Positions 8,227 through 18,169 of a DNA stretch of 64,000 nt are shown here, piece by piece; within the stretch, counting starts at the first letter, position 1, and every line of letters starts with the position of its first letter. The notes under the pieces were generated by a model that was given only the letters and a program-made list of their open reading frames with translations, had not been told where the DNA came from and did no database searches. The stretch spans positions 1-64,000 of the forward strand of contig RXIG01000004.1 in the NCBI GenBank assembly GCA_004212155.1. The letters are read 5' to 3'. The DNA comes from an archaeon (lineage in GTDB: Archaea; Methanobacteriota_B; Thermococci; Methanofastidiosales; NM3). The translations under genes and the position numbers were made by a program.

Positions 8227-9474
8227 TCACACCTCCGGGTAGGTCCCTGTCATGCACCCGCTGCAGTAGCACTCGCCTCCCAGCGCCTTCTTGAGGTCTT
8301 CAAGGTGAAGGTAGCCGAACGAGTCGGCGTCGATGATGCGTGCGATCTCATCCTCCGTGTTCTCCACCGCGATGAGCTCGTCGGTGGCGGGCACTTCGGT
8401 CCCGAATGGGCATGGCGAGACAAGCTGCGGGCTCCCGATGCGCACATGCACTTCCTTGGCGCCGCGCTTGCGCAGCAGATTGACGATGTTTCGCATGGTG
8501 GTACCGCGCACGACCGAGTCGTCGATGAGGACCACTCGCTTGCCTCGTACTGCCGTCTTCACGGGATTGAGCTTGAGCTGGACGCCGATCATGCGCTCCA
8601 TCTGTGTGGGGCGTATCGCCGTCCTGAGGTGGCGCCCCGTCCTCATGAATCCGATATCGATGGGAATCCCCGTTTTATTGGAATACGACATGGCAAACGG
8701 TATCGCCGTCTCGGGAACACCAATGACAACGTCCGCTTCAACGGGCTTTTCCTTGGCCAGTAGCACGCCGATCTTCTTTCGTATCTCGTGCACGTCGATC
8801 TCGTTGATCTTCGAGTCGATGCGCGCTAGATAGACGTATTCGAAGATGCAGTGTGCGGGGTCTTTTCTTTGTTCCGACTTGATCTCGTCGATGTAGTGCT
8901 TGTCGATGACCACGATCTCGCCCGGTTCGATGTCGCGTGAGAACTCTGCGCCGATGACGTCGAGCGCGGACGTCTCCGATGCTACGACGGCAAGGTCAAA
9001 TCCCACACCGCCGATGACAAACGGCTTGATCCCGAGCGCGTCGCGCGTTGCTATCATCTTGTCCTTGGTCAGTATGATCATGGAGTAGGCGCCAGAGAGC
9101 TTCGAGGTGAATCGCCTGACCGCGTCCTCCTCTTTCATCGTCTCGAGGTCGTTTCGCAGCGCGTCGACCGCGTCTGCGGTGAGCTCGACGCTCCCGTCGT
9201 AGTAGATGGCTACATCTTCGGTGACGTACCCATTGATCCCCCGCGTCGAGACTCCGCCGACACCTGCCGGTCCTGTGAGCTCGTTGATCTTCTCTGAGAG
9301 GAGTGATTCCTGCACAGTGCCTGATGCCGTGAGGGTTCGGACCTTTTCATAATCTGTCACCGACAAACCCACACCCTCCTGGCCCCGTGACTGGATGGCC
9401 ATGAGCTGGTAGTAGACAAATCGGGATACATTCCATATTTCGTCAAACGCGTAAATTCCACATATTCCTGCCAC
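8227..9474 (-). CDS. purF: Second amidophosphoribosyltransferase homolog with degenerate glutaminase domain
   Basis: Keeps HCIFEYVY, VLIDDSVVRGTT and terminal CxxC. The catalytic Cys1 aligns to Ala (AGICGI versus CGVIGI), and HNG and HVRY are lost. GTG start. Confidence 0.88.
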   Translation of the reverse strand: MAGICGIYAFDEIWNVSRFVYYQLMAIQSRGQEGVGLSVTDYEKVRTLTASGTVQESLLSEKINELTGPAGVGGVSTRGINGYVTEDVAIYYDGSVELTADAVDALRNDLETMKEEDAVRRFTSKLSGAYSMIILTKDKMIATRDALGIKPFVIGGVGFDLAVVASETSALDVIGAEFSRDIEPGEIVVIDKHYIDEIKSEQRKDPAHCIFEYVYLARIDSKINEIDVHEIRKKIGVLLAKEKPVEADVVIGVPETAIPFAMSYSNKTGIPIDIGFMRTGRHLRTAIRPTQMERMIGVQLKLNPVKTAVRGKRVVLIDDSVVRGTTMRNIVNLLRKRGAKEVHVRIGSPQLVSPCPFGTEVPATDELIAVENTEDEIARIIDADSFGYLHLEDLKKALGGECYCSGCMTGTYPEV

Positions 9475-9478
9475 CGGA

Positions 9479-10891
9479 TTACCTCCTCGGTTCTTTCCAG
9501 TTGTTTCGTTCGTTTTCGCGTGCTTGGCCTAGTTCCTTGACGCGTTCGCATGTCATGCATGTTGGGTAGTCGCCTGTGAGGCAGGCGAGGCACAGGTGCG
9601 ACCGCGGGAGTCCTATGGCCTTTACCAGTCCGTCGATGGACTGGTAGGTAACTGAATCAGCATTGATCTTCTTCTCGATCCCATCTGTTCCCTTGGATGC
9701 GATGAGTTCGTTTTTTATCGTCATGTCTATTCCGTAAAAACACGGATTCGTGATGGGCGGGCAGCTCGATACGAAGTGGACCTCCTTGGCGCCGTAACGC
9801 TTGAGCAAGTTGACGAGCCGTCGCGATGTGGTGCCGCGCACGATGCTGTCATCGACGAGCGCTATGCGCTTGCCACTCACCTCCTTTCGTATCACGTTGA
9901 GCTTCTCGATGACAGCGCTTTCGCGATAGCGCTGTGTCGGCATGATGAACGTGCGACCGATGTAACGATTCTTGATGAGGCCCTCTCTGTATGGGATGTC
10001 GTACTTGAGCGAGAATCCGAGGGCCGCTGTTCGCGCCGTGTCTGGCACTGGTATCACCGCATCGACGTCCTTGTCGAAGTCGATGTTTTCTCCAAGCTTG
10101 AATCGTACCTCATAGACGCTTTGTCCCTCGATGACCGAGTCGGGCCGAGAGAAGTAGACGTACTCGAAGATGCAGTGGGCGGGCTTGGGCGGGTGCAGTT
10201 GCTTTGAGCGCATCGAGCCGTTCGAGAAGTAGACCGCCTCGCCTGGCTTGACGTCGCGCACGAGCTCGTATCCCGTCACGTCAAGACCCACACTCTCGCT
10301 GCAGACCATGTAGTTGGTGCCGCATTCCGTTTCCTTTTTCCCAATCACGAGCGGCCGTATGCCGTGTCGATCCCGAAAGCCTATCACGCTCCCCTCGTCC
10401 TTTCCAAGGAGCATCACCGACGAATACGACCCATCAACGAGGTCGAGAGTCTGACCGAGTGCCTCGTCAAGTCCGTGCTTTGATATCTTGTCCGCAAGGA
10501 CGTTGAGCAGTATCTCGGAGTCCGAGTCAGTCTGGAGCGAGCGGCGCTTCTCGCGCAAGAAGCCCTTTAGCTCCTCACAGTTGGTAATATTGCCGTTGTG
10601 GGCGAGGGCGAGCCCGTAGGGGTAGTTGATGAAGAGGGGCTGCACCTCGCTTGCAGGGTCCGTTCCAGCCGTGGGATAGCGCACGTGTGCGATACCCTTT
10701 TTTCCCTTGAGCTCATCAAGGGGGTAGTTTTGAAACACCTCCGAGACGAGGCCGTCGCCCTGCTTGCGGTAGAACTTGTCATTCATGGTGAGGATGCCAG
10801 CCGAGTTTTGCCCCCTGTGCTGGATCGCGAGAAGGGCGCGGTAGGCCTCCCATGCGACACCATCGCTGCATATCCCTATCACTCCGCACAT
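9479..10891 (-). CDS. purF: Amidophosphoribosyltransferase
   Basis: MCGVIG, QHRGQ, HVRYPTAG, AHNGN, VDDSIVRGTT. Confidence 0.96.
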   Translation of the reverse strand: MCGVIGICSDGVAWEAYRALLAIQHRGQNSAGILTMNDKFYRKQGDGLVSEVFQNYPLDELKGKKGIAHVRYPTAGTDPASEVQPLFINYPYGLALAHNGNITNCEELKGFLREKRRSLQTDSDSEILLNVLADKISKHGLDEALGQTLDLVDGSYSSVMLLGKDEGSVIGFRDRHGIRPLVIGKKETECGTNYMVCSESVGLDVTGYELVRDVKPGEAVYFSNGSMRSKQLHPPKPAHCIFEYVYFSRPDSVIEGQSVYEVRFKLGENIDFDKDVDAVIPVPDTARTAALGFSLKYDIPYREGLIKNRYIGRTFIMPTQRYRESAVIEKLNVIRKEVSGKRIALVDDSIVRGTTSRRLVNLLKRYGAKEVHFVSSCPPITNPCFYGIDMTIKNELIASKGTDGIEKKINADSVTYQSIDGLVKAIGLPRSHLCLACLTGDYPTCMTCERVKELGQARENERNNWKEPRR

Positions 10892-11658
10892 CAGAACGTC
10901 TCTCCTATGTATCGTATCAGTGATTCGAACAGCGTCCTGCCCGCATATCCGTTCTCATTCTCGATGTCAAACGCCCGTTCGGGGTGAGGCATCATGCCAA
11001 AGACGTTGCCCTTCTCATTGCAGATGCCCGCAATGTTGTGGGGCGACCCATTGGGATTCCACGGATAGGGCGCTTCCGTTTCGTTGGCGTAGTTAACATA
11101 CTTGAAAAGCACTTGTCCCCGCTCCTCGATGCGTTTGTATGCCCGTATCCCTCCGGCGAGCAGGAGCTTTCCCTCCGCATGGGCTGATGGCACCATGAGG
11201 CGCTCCCCTTCTGGCAAACGTGATGTGAATGCGCATGGGTTCGACGGTGTGCGCAAAAGCAGTGAGTGTCTGCATTCGAATCGCGCGGAATCGTTTTCCG
11301 CAAGGCAGGCAGTAACCTCTCCGGGCTCGCCGTCACCAGGCAGGAGACCGAGCTCCACCAGCACCTGGAATCCGTTGCAGATGCCGCCGACCGGATAACC
11401 GTGGTCGACGAAGTCGAGCAGCTCGTCAAAGAGCCTGCTCCTGATGCGCGATGCGAAGATCGCCCCGGCGCGCACGTAGTCGCCGGCCGAGAAGCCGCCC
11501 GGTATCATTATGCACTGGTATGGGTCAAGAGTTTTGAGCTCGTTGAGGTGGACGAGATGGGGCGTTGCGCCAACGTTTTTGAACGCCCGATACATCTCAT
11601 CCTCGTTGTTCGTTCCCTCGATGCGAACGATGCAGGCATGTATGTCTTGTGGTCTCAT
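10891..11658 (-). CDS. purQ: FGAM synthase glutaminase subunit
   Basis: EGTNN, PGGFSAGD, GICNGFQ, NPNGS, MMPHPER; ATG 11658 after SD GGGGTGA. Confidence 0.95.
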   Translation of the reverse strand: MRPQDIHACIVRIEGTNNEDEMYRAFKNVGATPHLVHLNELKTLDPYQCIMIPGGFSAGDYVRAGAIFASRIRSRLFDELLDFVDHGYPVGGICNGFQVLVELGLLPGDGEPGEVTACLAENDSARFECRHSLLLRTPSNPCAFTSRLPEGERLMVPSAHAEGKLLLAGGIRAYKRIEERGQVLFKYVNYANETEAPYPWNPNGSPHNIAGICNEKGNVFGMMPHPERAFDIENENGYAGRTLFESLIRYIGETF

Positions 11659-11663
11659 CTCGA

Positions 11664-13967
11664 TCACCCCATCGTCTCCCAGAGCGGACGCTGCCACGCG
11701 TCCATGAGCTTCGAGGTCGACAGTGACACGAGCTGTCGCCCCTTGTGTGATATCGTAAGTCTGTCCCATCCCGTGGAGCCGATCTTGGTGAAGGGAACGT
11801 TGCTTTCGGCAAGCGCCTTTTCGAAGGCGTCCTCGTTTGCCGGCTCCACCTCGCATATCCAGCGCGTGTTCGACTCGGAGAAAAGCGATGTGTCGGGCCC
11901 GAGCTCGTCGTGGAGCTCGATTGATGCGCCCATGGTGCTTCCCAGGCACATCTCACTGAGCGCGATGGCGATGCCGCCCTCCGAGACATCATGGCATGCA
12001 ACGACAGTCCTATCCTCGATGAGGCTGACGAGCGCCTCGCTTGCACGGGCTAGCAAATCGGGGTCGACCCTTGGGACAGTGCCCCCATCGGCACCCATAA
12101 TCCTATAATAGGCGCTGGCGCCAAGCTCGTCCTTCGTCTCACCGATGAGATAGAGCGTATCGCCGGCAGATTTGAAAAGTGGCGTTGCAGTCAGCGCGGC
12201 ATCCTCGATGATGCCGATGCCCATGATCGTCGGCGTAGGCGGGCATGCGCCCGCAGGCGCCTCGTTGTAGAGCGAGACGTTGCCCGAGACGAACGTTGCT
12301 CCGACCTTCTCGGCCACGAACGCAAGCCCCTGCACGGCCATGGAGAACTCCCACATCTTTTCCGGTTTCTCCGGATTGCCGAAGTTGAGGCAGTCTGCGA
12401 ACGAGTGCACTCGAGCACCCACGGCGGCAAGGTTGCGCACCGTCTCGTCGACGGCGCTGGCCGCACCCCAGTAGGGATCACGCGCCACGAGGTGGGGGTT
12501 GACATCGGAGGTGATGGCAAGCCCCCTGGATGAGCCTTCCACAGGGCGCACAACCGCCGCGTCGGCATGCGTCTCGCTGTTGGCGGTGCCCACAAGCGAT
12601 GGCGACGTGGTGTTTGCGCGCACCTCGAAGTCGTACTGGCGTATGACCCAATCCTTTGATGCGATGTTGCATGATGAAAGGATATCAATGAGCACCTCTT
12701 CCAGGTTTGCTGGCGTCTCGAATCGGGCCTCCCCATCCTGATCGCGAACGGGGGGCTCGGTGGGCCGTTGGTACATGGGCCCTGTGGTGACAAACGATAT
12801 CTCCATGTCGTATATCTCCTCGCCCTTCCAGAAGACGTGCACGCGCTCCTCGGGCGTCACCTCACCGATGACGACGGCGGGCACGTCCCACTTGTCGAAT
12901 ATGGCAAGCACATCATCGAGATTGTCCTTGGTGACAGACATCATCATGCGTTCTTGTGATTCGCTTACCCATATCTCCCATGGCAGCATGCCGCCCTCCT
13001 TGAGGTGGACCTTCTCGAGGTCGATGTGCGCACCGAATCCTGCGGCCTCGGCCATCTCGCCAACGACACACGAGAGTCCGCCGCCCCCGAGGTCCTTGAG
13101 CCCAGTGAGCAGTTTCTTGGCATTTGCCTCGAGGCATGCGTGGATGAGCGGCTCCTTCATGATGGGGTCGCCGACCTGCACGGCCGAGCGCGAAGACGTC
13201 TCCGAGTCGTCGGCAAGCTCTTTTGAAGCGAAGGTCACCCCGTGGATGCCGTCGCGTCCTGTCCCTCCCCCAGCGAGGACGAACAGGTCGCCGACGCCGC
13301 CGACGCGCGAGTAGATGATGTCATCCTTTTTCACGATGCCGATGCAGCCGACGTTGACGAGGCAGTTGCCAAGGTACCCCGGATGGAACGTGGTCATGCC
13401 AGCGACGGTGGGGATGCCCACCCTGTTGCCGTAATCGCGTATCCCGGAAACGACGCCAGAGAAGATGAACTTTGGATGTTTGACACCGCGCGGCAGCTCA
13501 TCGTAGTCTGTCGTGAGCGGGGCGAAGAAGATGGGGTCGACGAGGGCCACGGGCTGTGCACCCATGCAGACAACATCGCGGAGGATGCCCCCTATGCCGG
13601 TGGCTGCGCCGCCGTATGGCTCGATGGCTGAAGGATGGTTGTGGCTCTCAAGCGCCACCGCGTACGCATGGTCGTCGTCGAACTCGACGAGACCCGCGTC
13701 CTCCTTGATGACGCGGATGTTTTGTGGCGCGTCGAGATGAAAAAGATATTTCTTAAGATAATACTTTGATGATTTGTAACAGCAATGCTCGGACCATGCC
13801 TGGCCAAGGGCCTGCAGCTCGATGTCAGTGGGATCGCGTCCCTCCTTTTCGAAGTAGTCCCGTATCTCCTTGAGCTCGTTCACCGAAAGTCCTGTGCCGG
13901 TCTCCTCGCTAATGCGCGCAAGCTCATCGTCCGATACGTTAAGCGATAGTCTCGTGACGTCTCCCAT
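11664..13967 (-). CDS. purL: FGAM synthase II
   Basis: WSEHCCYKS, ESHNHPS, DGIHG, SESQERM, SGNVSLYN. Confidence 0.96.
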   Translation of the reverse strand: MGDVTRLSLNVSDDELARISEETGTGLSVNELKEIRDYFEKEGRDPTDIELQALGQAWSEHCCYKSSKYYLKKYLFHLDAPQNIRVIKEDAGLVEFDDDHAYAVALESHNHPSAIEPYGGAATGIGGILRDVVCMGAQPVALVDPIFFAPLTTDYDELPRGVKHPKFIFSGVVSGIRDYGNRVGIPTVAGMTTFHPGYLGNCLVNVGCIGIVKKDDIIYSRVGGVGDLFVLAGGGTGRDGIHGVTFASKELADDSETSSRSAVQVGDPIMKEPLIHACLEANAKKLLTGLKDLGGGGLSCVVGEMAEAAGFGAHIDLEKVHLKEGGMLPWEIWVSESQERMMMSVTKDNLDDVLAIFDKWDVPAVVIGEVTPEERVHVFWKGEEIYDMEISFVTTGPMYQRPTEPPVRDQDGEARFETPANLEEVLIDILSSCNIASKDWVIRQYDFEVRANTTSPSLVGTANSETHADAAVVRPVEGSSRGLAITSDVNPHLVARDPYWGAASAVDETVRNLAAVGARVHSFADCLNFGNPEKPEKMWEFSMAVQGLAFVAEKVGATFVSGNVSLYNEAPAGACPPTPTIMGIGIIEDAALTATPLFKSAGDTLYLIGETKDELGASAYYRIMGADGGTVPRVDPDLLARASEALVSLIEDRTVVACHDVSEGGIAIALSEMCLGSTMGASIELHDELGPDTSLFSESNTRWICEVEPANEDAFEKALAESNVPFTKIGSTGWDRLTISHKGRQLVSLSTSKLMDAWQRPLWETMG

Positions 13968-13972
13968 GTTGT

Positions 13973-14215
13973 TCACCATGCAATGTCATAGTGATGTATG
14001 ACGGGGTTTGCAAGCAGTTTTTCTGTCATCTCGCGAACGCTTTGTTCGATCTGCTCTTCGCTCTCGACATCGAGCGTGATGACATAGCGCTTGTTGACGG
14101 TGACGTCCTTGACCGATGAAAAACCTAGCAGTGAGAGCGCCTTGGTGACGTTCTTTCCCTCAGGGTCTGATATGCCCTTCTTGAGACCTATGGTGACCGT
14201 GACTTCCTTTTCCAT
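13973..14215 (-). CDS. purS: FGAM synthase PurS subunit
   Basis: DPEG, LLANPVI; operon position. Confidence 0.94.
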   Translation of the reverse strand: MEKEVTVTIGLKKGISDPEGKNVTKALSLLGFSSVKDVTVNKRYVITLDVESEEQIEQSVREMTEKLLANPVIHHYDIAW

Positions 14216-15114
14216 TATCTCATCCCCGTGATGCGATACTGCATCTCCTTATATATCTTTGATGCCTTTGCCCGCATCTCATCGGGAAGCGGAGGCATCT
14301 CCGGTTCAGGTTCTCCGCGAGCGCGCGCCGCGTAGAGGCGCTCCTTATATCCTATCGACTCATAATATTTGCGCACGAACTCCTTGGAGAGCTCGACGCA
14401 CGTCCCATCCTTCCATGCGGGAAGGTCCCAGAATCGGTCCTCGTCGGCCGTTCCGAAGACGTCGATGACCATTGGGCGGCGTTTCTCGTCGAAGGCGAAC
14501 TCCTTCTTGCCGTCGACATGGATGAGGTCTCGTGACTCGACCTGGCGTGCGATCTCGAGGTCGATCTTGATGATCGTCTCACAGATGTCCTCATACTCCT
14601 CCAGCGTGAGGCCGGAGATGGCAAGCGCCTCTTTTTCGTCAAGCAGCCTGTCGACTGGCTCGAGCTTGGTGGAGGTCTCGATGTATGGAAACGGCAGCTT
14701 CTCACCGTATGTGATCGTGTGGTCATCCTCGAATCCTACGTCGGCGGGGCTGAGTGCGCCACTTTGCAGCCGTGCGTGGAGCGAGCCGGCGACGTAATGC
14801 CTGCAGATGAACTCCAGCGGGATCAGGTAGTTGGTCGTCGTCTCGTCGATGGCATCATAGTCGCGTATCACGTCGACCTTACGCACGTGCATCGTGTTGG
14901 GAGATGGCCGCTTCTTGAAATGCGTCCGTATCCCGATGCTCTCGATACGTTCGAACCAAAACGCGCCCTCGGTGCACAGGGTCTCCCCCTTCCCTTCGAT
15001 TGTGGAGGGAATAACCTTATCAAACACCGAGATCCTATCGGTGAACAAAAACTCGAGCGTATCGTCGTTTATGATGGAAATTTCCTTGACAGAACCGGAA
15101 TGTTGCGAACCCAT
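14215..15114 (-). CDS. purC: SAICAR synthetase
   Basis: GSVK, FTDRISVFD, DGKKEF, DEDRFW, LSKEFVR. Confidence 0.94.
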   Translation of the reverse strand: MGSQHSGSVKEISIINDDTLEFLFTDRISVFDKVIPSTIEGKGETLCTEGAFWFERIESIGIRTHFKKRPSPNTMHVRKVDVIRDYDAIDETTTNYLIPLEFICRHYVAGSLHARLQSGALSPADVGFEDDHTITYGEKLPFPYIETSTKLEPVDRLLDEKEALAISGLTLEEYEDICETIIKIDLEIARQVESRDLIHVDGKKEFAFDEKRRPMVIDVFGTADEDRFWDLPAWKDGTCVELSKEFVRKYYESIGYKERLYAARARGEPEPEMPPLPDEMRAKASKIYKEMQYRITGMR

Positions 15115-15129
15115 GATCACATCCCCTTA

Positions 15130-15210
15130 TACTCATTTATTTGAGTAAAAAACAGTATATTTAAATCTTTGTTTACAATAAAATGTTTAATTTAGGCAAA
15201 GGTTTATAAA
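15130..15210. promoter_or_regulatory. Divergent purC/purP promoters with palindromes
   Basis: TATA for purC at about 15156-15166 (minus) and TTTATAAA at 15203-15210 (plus). Palindromes TACTCA-N6-TGAGTA at 15130-15147 and TTGT-TT-ACAA at 15169-15178. Confidence 0.6.
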
Positions 15211-15244
15211 AACTTCCACACACCCCTCACCAGAAGGTGGTAAT

Positions 15245-16240
15245 ATCACGACGATAACGACGCTTGGGTCCCATTCGGCGCTCAACATCCTTCGCGGAGC
15301 GAAGGATGAGGGGTTTCCCACACACCTCGTCTGCCAGCGTCAGCGCACGTTCTACGAGCGCTTCGGCGTTGCCGATGCCATCGAGTACGTTGACGATCTC
15401 GCCAGCTACTTGCAAACGGCCCCCTCTACGCTGCCGGACGATGCGGTCATGGTGCCGCACGGAAGTTTCATATCATACCTTTCTCTGGACTTCATCGAAC
15501 AGGACTTTAACGTCCCCCTTGTTGGCAACAAATACCTGTTCAAGTGGGAATCGGACCGAACGCTCGAACGCCGATGGCTCGAGGACGCGGGCATCCCATT
15601 TCCGCGGGTCTACGACACACCCGGGGAGATCGACGGCCCTGCGATCGTGAAGCTCTTCGGCGCCAAAGGCGGCCAGGGCTACTTCGTGGCCAACAGCTCC
15701 CGTGACTTCCACGAGCGCGCAGGCAATCTGGAGGGGGGGTACCAGATCCAGGAGTATATCATCGGTGTGCCACTTTACTTCCATTTCTTCTATTCCCCGC
15801 TTAGCGATGAGCTCGAACTGCTCTCCATCGACAAGCGCTACGAGTCAAACATCGACGGAATCGGCCGCATCCCGGCCGCCGATCAGCCCGCGCTTGGCAT
15901 CAGGCCATCATATACCGTCGTTGGCAACTTTCCCGTCGTGGTGCGCGAGTCGCTGCTCGAGCAGGTATTTGACATCGGAGAGCGCGTGGTGGCAGCATCG
16001 CGCACGATCTCGCCCAAGGGCCTCATAGGGCCGTTTTGCCTCGAGACGATCTGCACATCGGACATGGAGATCGTCACGTTCGAGATATCGGCGCGCATCG
16101 TCGCTGGAACGAATCCGTTCGTCCCCTCTTCACCCTACACCTACTTCAAGTATGGGAAAGATATAAGTTGCGGCAGGAGAATAGCGATGGAGATCCGTGA
16201 TGCGCTCGCTACCGAGAGCATGGAGGAGGTTACCACATGA
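15245..16240 (+). CDS. purP: AICAR formyltransferase PurP (probable non-canonical ATC start)
   Basis: The conserved N-terminus TLGSHSALNILRGAKDEGF lies upstream of the ORF-track start. Also GAKGGQG, RYESNIDG, FEISARIVAGTN. Confidence 0.9.
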   Translation: MTTITTLGSHSALNILRGAKDEGFPTHLVCQRQRTFYERFGVADAIEYVDDLASYLQTAPSTLPDDAVMVPHGSFISYLSLDFIEQDFNVPLVGNKYLFKWESDRTLERRWLEDAGIPFPRVYDTPGEIDGPAIVKLFGAKGGQGYFVANSSRDFHERAGNLEGGYQIQEYIIGVPLYFHFFYSPLSDELELLSIDKRYESNIDGIGRIPAADQPALGIRPSYTVVGNFPVVVRESLLEQVFDIGERVVAASRTISPKGLIGPFCLETICTSDMEIVTFEISARIVAGTNPFVPSSPYTYFKYGKDISCGRRIAMEIRDALATESMEEVTT

Positions 16241-17391
16241 TCGACAGACAGAGCATTCAGGATATAGCACGAGGCTATGATACTTCTAATGTCAAGATAG
16301 GCTCACTCGCCTCGCACTCGGCACTCGACCTGGCCGATGGCGCCGTCGAGGAAGGATTCCGCACCATCTTGTATTGCAAGAAGGGGCGCCACGAGACGTA
16401 TGCGAAATACTTTCGAGCAAAACGTGTCGACGGCATGGTCGTGCGCGGTGTCGCCGACGAGTGCCGCATCTACGATTCGTTCACCGACATGGTGACACCT
16501 GGCGAGCAGCAGCTCATGCGCGACGACAACGTTATCTTCATTCCCAACAGGTCGTTTACCTCATATGTCCCCATGAACGTCGTTGAGGATGACTTCAAGG
16601 TGCCGATGGTCGGCTCGCGCAACATGCTCCGCATGGAGGAGCGTTCGGAGCAGCAGTCGTATTACTGGTTGCTCGAGAAGGGTGGCCTGCCATTTCCCGA
16701 GAAGGTCAATGATCCTGCCGATATAGATTCGCTCGTGGTCGTCAAGCTCCATCATGCACAAAAGAAGCTCGAGCGCGGCTTTTTCACCGCCGCCTCCTAT
16801 GAGGAGTACCTCTCAAAGTCCCAGTCGCTTATCGATCAGGGCGTCATCACGCGCGAGGCCCTTGATAATGCCCGCATCGAGCGCTACATCATCGGTCCCG
16901 TCTTCAACTTCGATTTCTTCTACTCGCCCCTCGAGGAGGAATTCGAGAAGGTCGAGCTCCTCGGCGTCGACTGGCGCTTCGAGACATCACTTGATGGGCA
17001 TGTGCGCCTCCCCGCCGATCAACAGCTCAACCTCAACAAGGCGCAGTTCATGCCCGAGTACACGGTCTGCGGCCACAACTCTGCCACCGTGCGCGAGTCG
17101 CTGCTCGAGAAGGTCTTTGACATGGCTGAGAAGTTCGTGAAGGTCGCTGAAAAGCATTATGACCCCGGAATCATCGGCCCGTTCTGCCTGCAGACGTGCA
17201 TCGACAAGGACCTCAACTATTACATCTATGATGTCGCACCGCGCGTTGGCGGAGGCACGAACGTGCACCTTGCAGCCGGGCATCCGTACGGCAATTCGTT
17301 GTATCGTACCAACATGTCCACCGGGCGCCGCATCGCGCTCGAGGTGCGCAGGGCCATCGAAGAGGAGCGACTCGATGAGATACTAACGTAG
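16237..17391 (+). CDS. purP: PurP-family paralog (long type)
   Basis: ASHSALD, IPNRSF, LERGFF, RFETSLDG, YDVAPRVGGGTN. Confidence 0.9.
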   Translation: MIDRQSIQDIARGYDTSNVKIGSLASHSALDLADGAVEEGFRTILYCKKGRHETYAKYFRAKRVDGMVVRGVADECRIYDSFTDMVTPGEQQLMRDDNVIFIPNRSFTSYVPMNVVEDDFKVPMVGSRNMLRMEERSEQQSYYWLLEKGGLPFPEKVNDPADIDSLVVVKLHHAQKKLERGFFTAASYEEYLSKSQSLIDQGVITREALDNARIERYIIGPVFNFDFFYSPLEEEFEKVELLGVDWRFETSLDGHVRLPADQQLNLNKAQFMPEYTVCGHNSATVRESLLEKVFDMAEKFVKVAEKHYDPGIIGPFCLQTCIDKDLNYYIYDVAPRVGGGTNVHLAAGHPYGNSLYRTNMSTGRRIALEVRRAIEEERLDEILT

Positions 17392-18102
17392 CGCGCCTCG
17401 TTCGCGCGCGTCGTGTATCAACTGTTCGAGCACGTCGTATGCTTTAAGTGCGTCGACCTTTTTGAACAGGAATACGAACTCGGTATAGGTGGAGAAGATA
17501 TCGATGATGTTTAGCTTCTCCATCGTTATCGCCCGTAACAGCGAATAGAGGTAACCTGGGATATTGAGGATCTGCGCAGGATACTTGCAGTTGATGATCG
17601 TCACGTCCTCGATCACAGAGAGCGGTTCGAACGCCGACGTATACGAGAGGAAGTCGTCGATGCGGTCGCGCTCCATCACGACGGAGAGTTCTTGGGACGA
17701 CTGTACGGTAAAGAACGTTTCGCCATACTCCCATCGTATCCGTTCGGAGAAGGTGTCGATCTTCTTTATGAGATCGTAGTTTTTCAGGAACGCCACTGTC
17801 GTGATGTCGTTTTTGAGCATGAGCTTGGTCTGCGAGAGCGCCTTTTCCAACCGTGCGCTCTCCTCGGGCGCGTGCCTGAAGTGGTAGCGCTGTATCGCGA
17901 CGGATATCGATTCTATCGAGACCTCCTTGTTCGCCCTCCGCTCGACGAGCGGGCGGATATACCGTGCCAGTCCCTTGTAGTTGACGATGTTGTTCAGGAG
18001 GTAGTCCCCCATGAGCGGCATGCGGTCGATGATCTCGGTCACGATCTGTGAAACGCTCTTTTCCTGCTCCATTGACATCTCCCACATCGTATATGCCTCC
18101 AT
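17383..18102 (-). CDS. ACT-domain-containing putative regulator (exact start uncertain)
   Basis: IVNYKGLARYIRP N-terminal helical region; C-terminal ACT-like PGYLYSLL...NIIDIFSTYTE. Confidence 0.78.
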   Translation of the reverse strand: MEAYTMWEMSMEQEKSVSQIVTEIIDRMPLMGDYLLNNIVNYKGLARYIRPLVERRANKEVSIESISVAIQRYHFRHAPEESARLEKALSQTKLMLKNDITTVAFLKNYDLIKKIDTFSERIRWEYGETFFTVQSSQELSVVMERDRIDDFLSYTSAFEPLSVIEDVTIINCKYPAQILNIPGYLYSLLRAITMEKLNIIDIFSTYTEFVFLFKKVDALKAYDVLEQLIHDARERGALR

Positions 18103-18169
18103 CCTTTAAAACCTTGCCTTTAAAAGTAAAATGGGCAAATTTTATATATGATGAGCAATAACGCATAGA

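Noticed and set aside
4169-14797. Many long opposite-strand and alternate-frame ORFs over the pur genes
   Set aside because: These are shadow ORFs of GC-rich coding sequence with no recognisable motifs.
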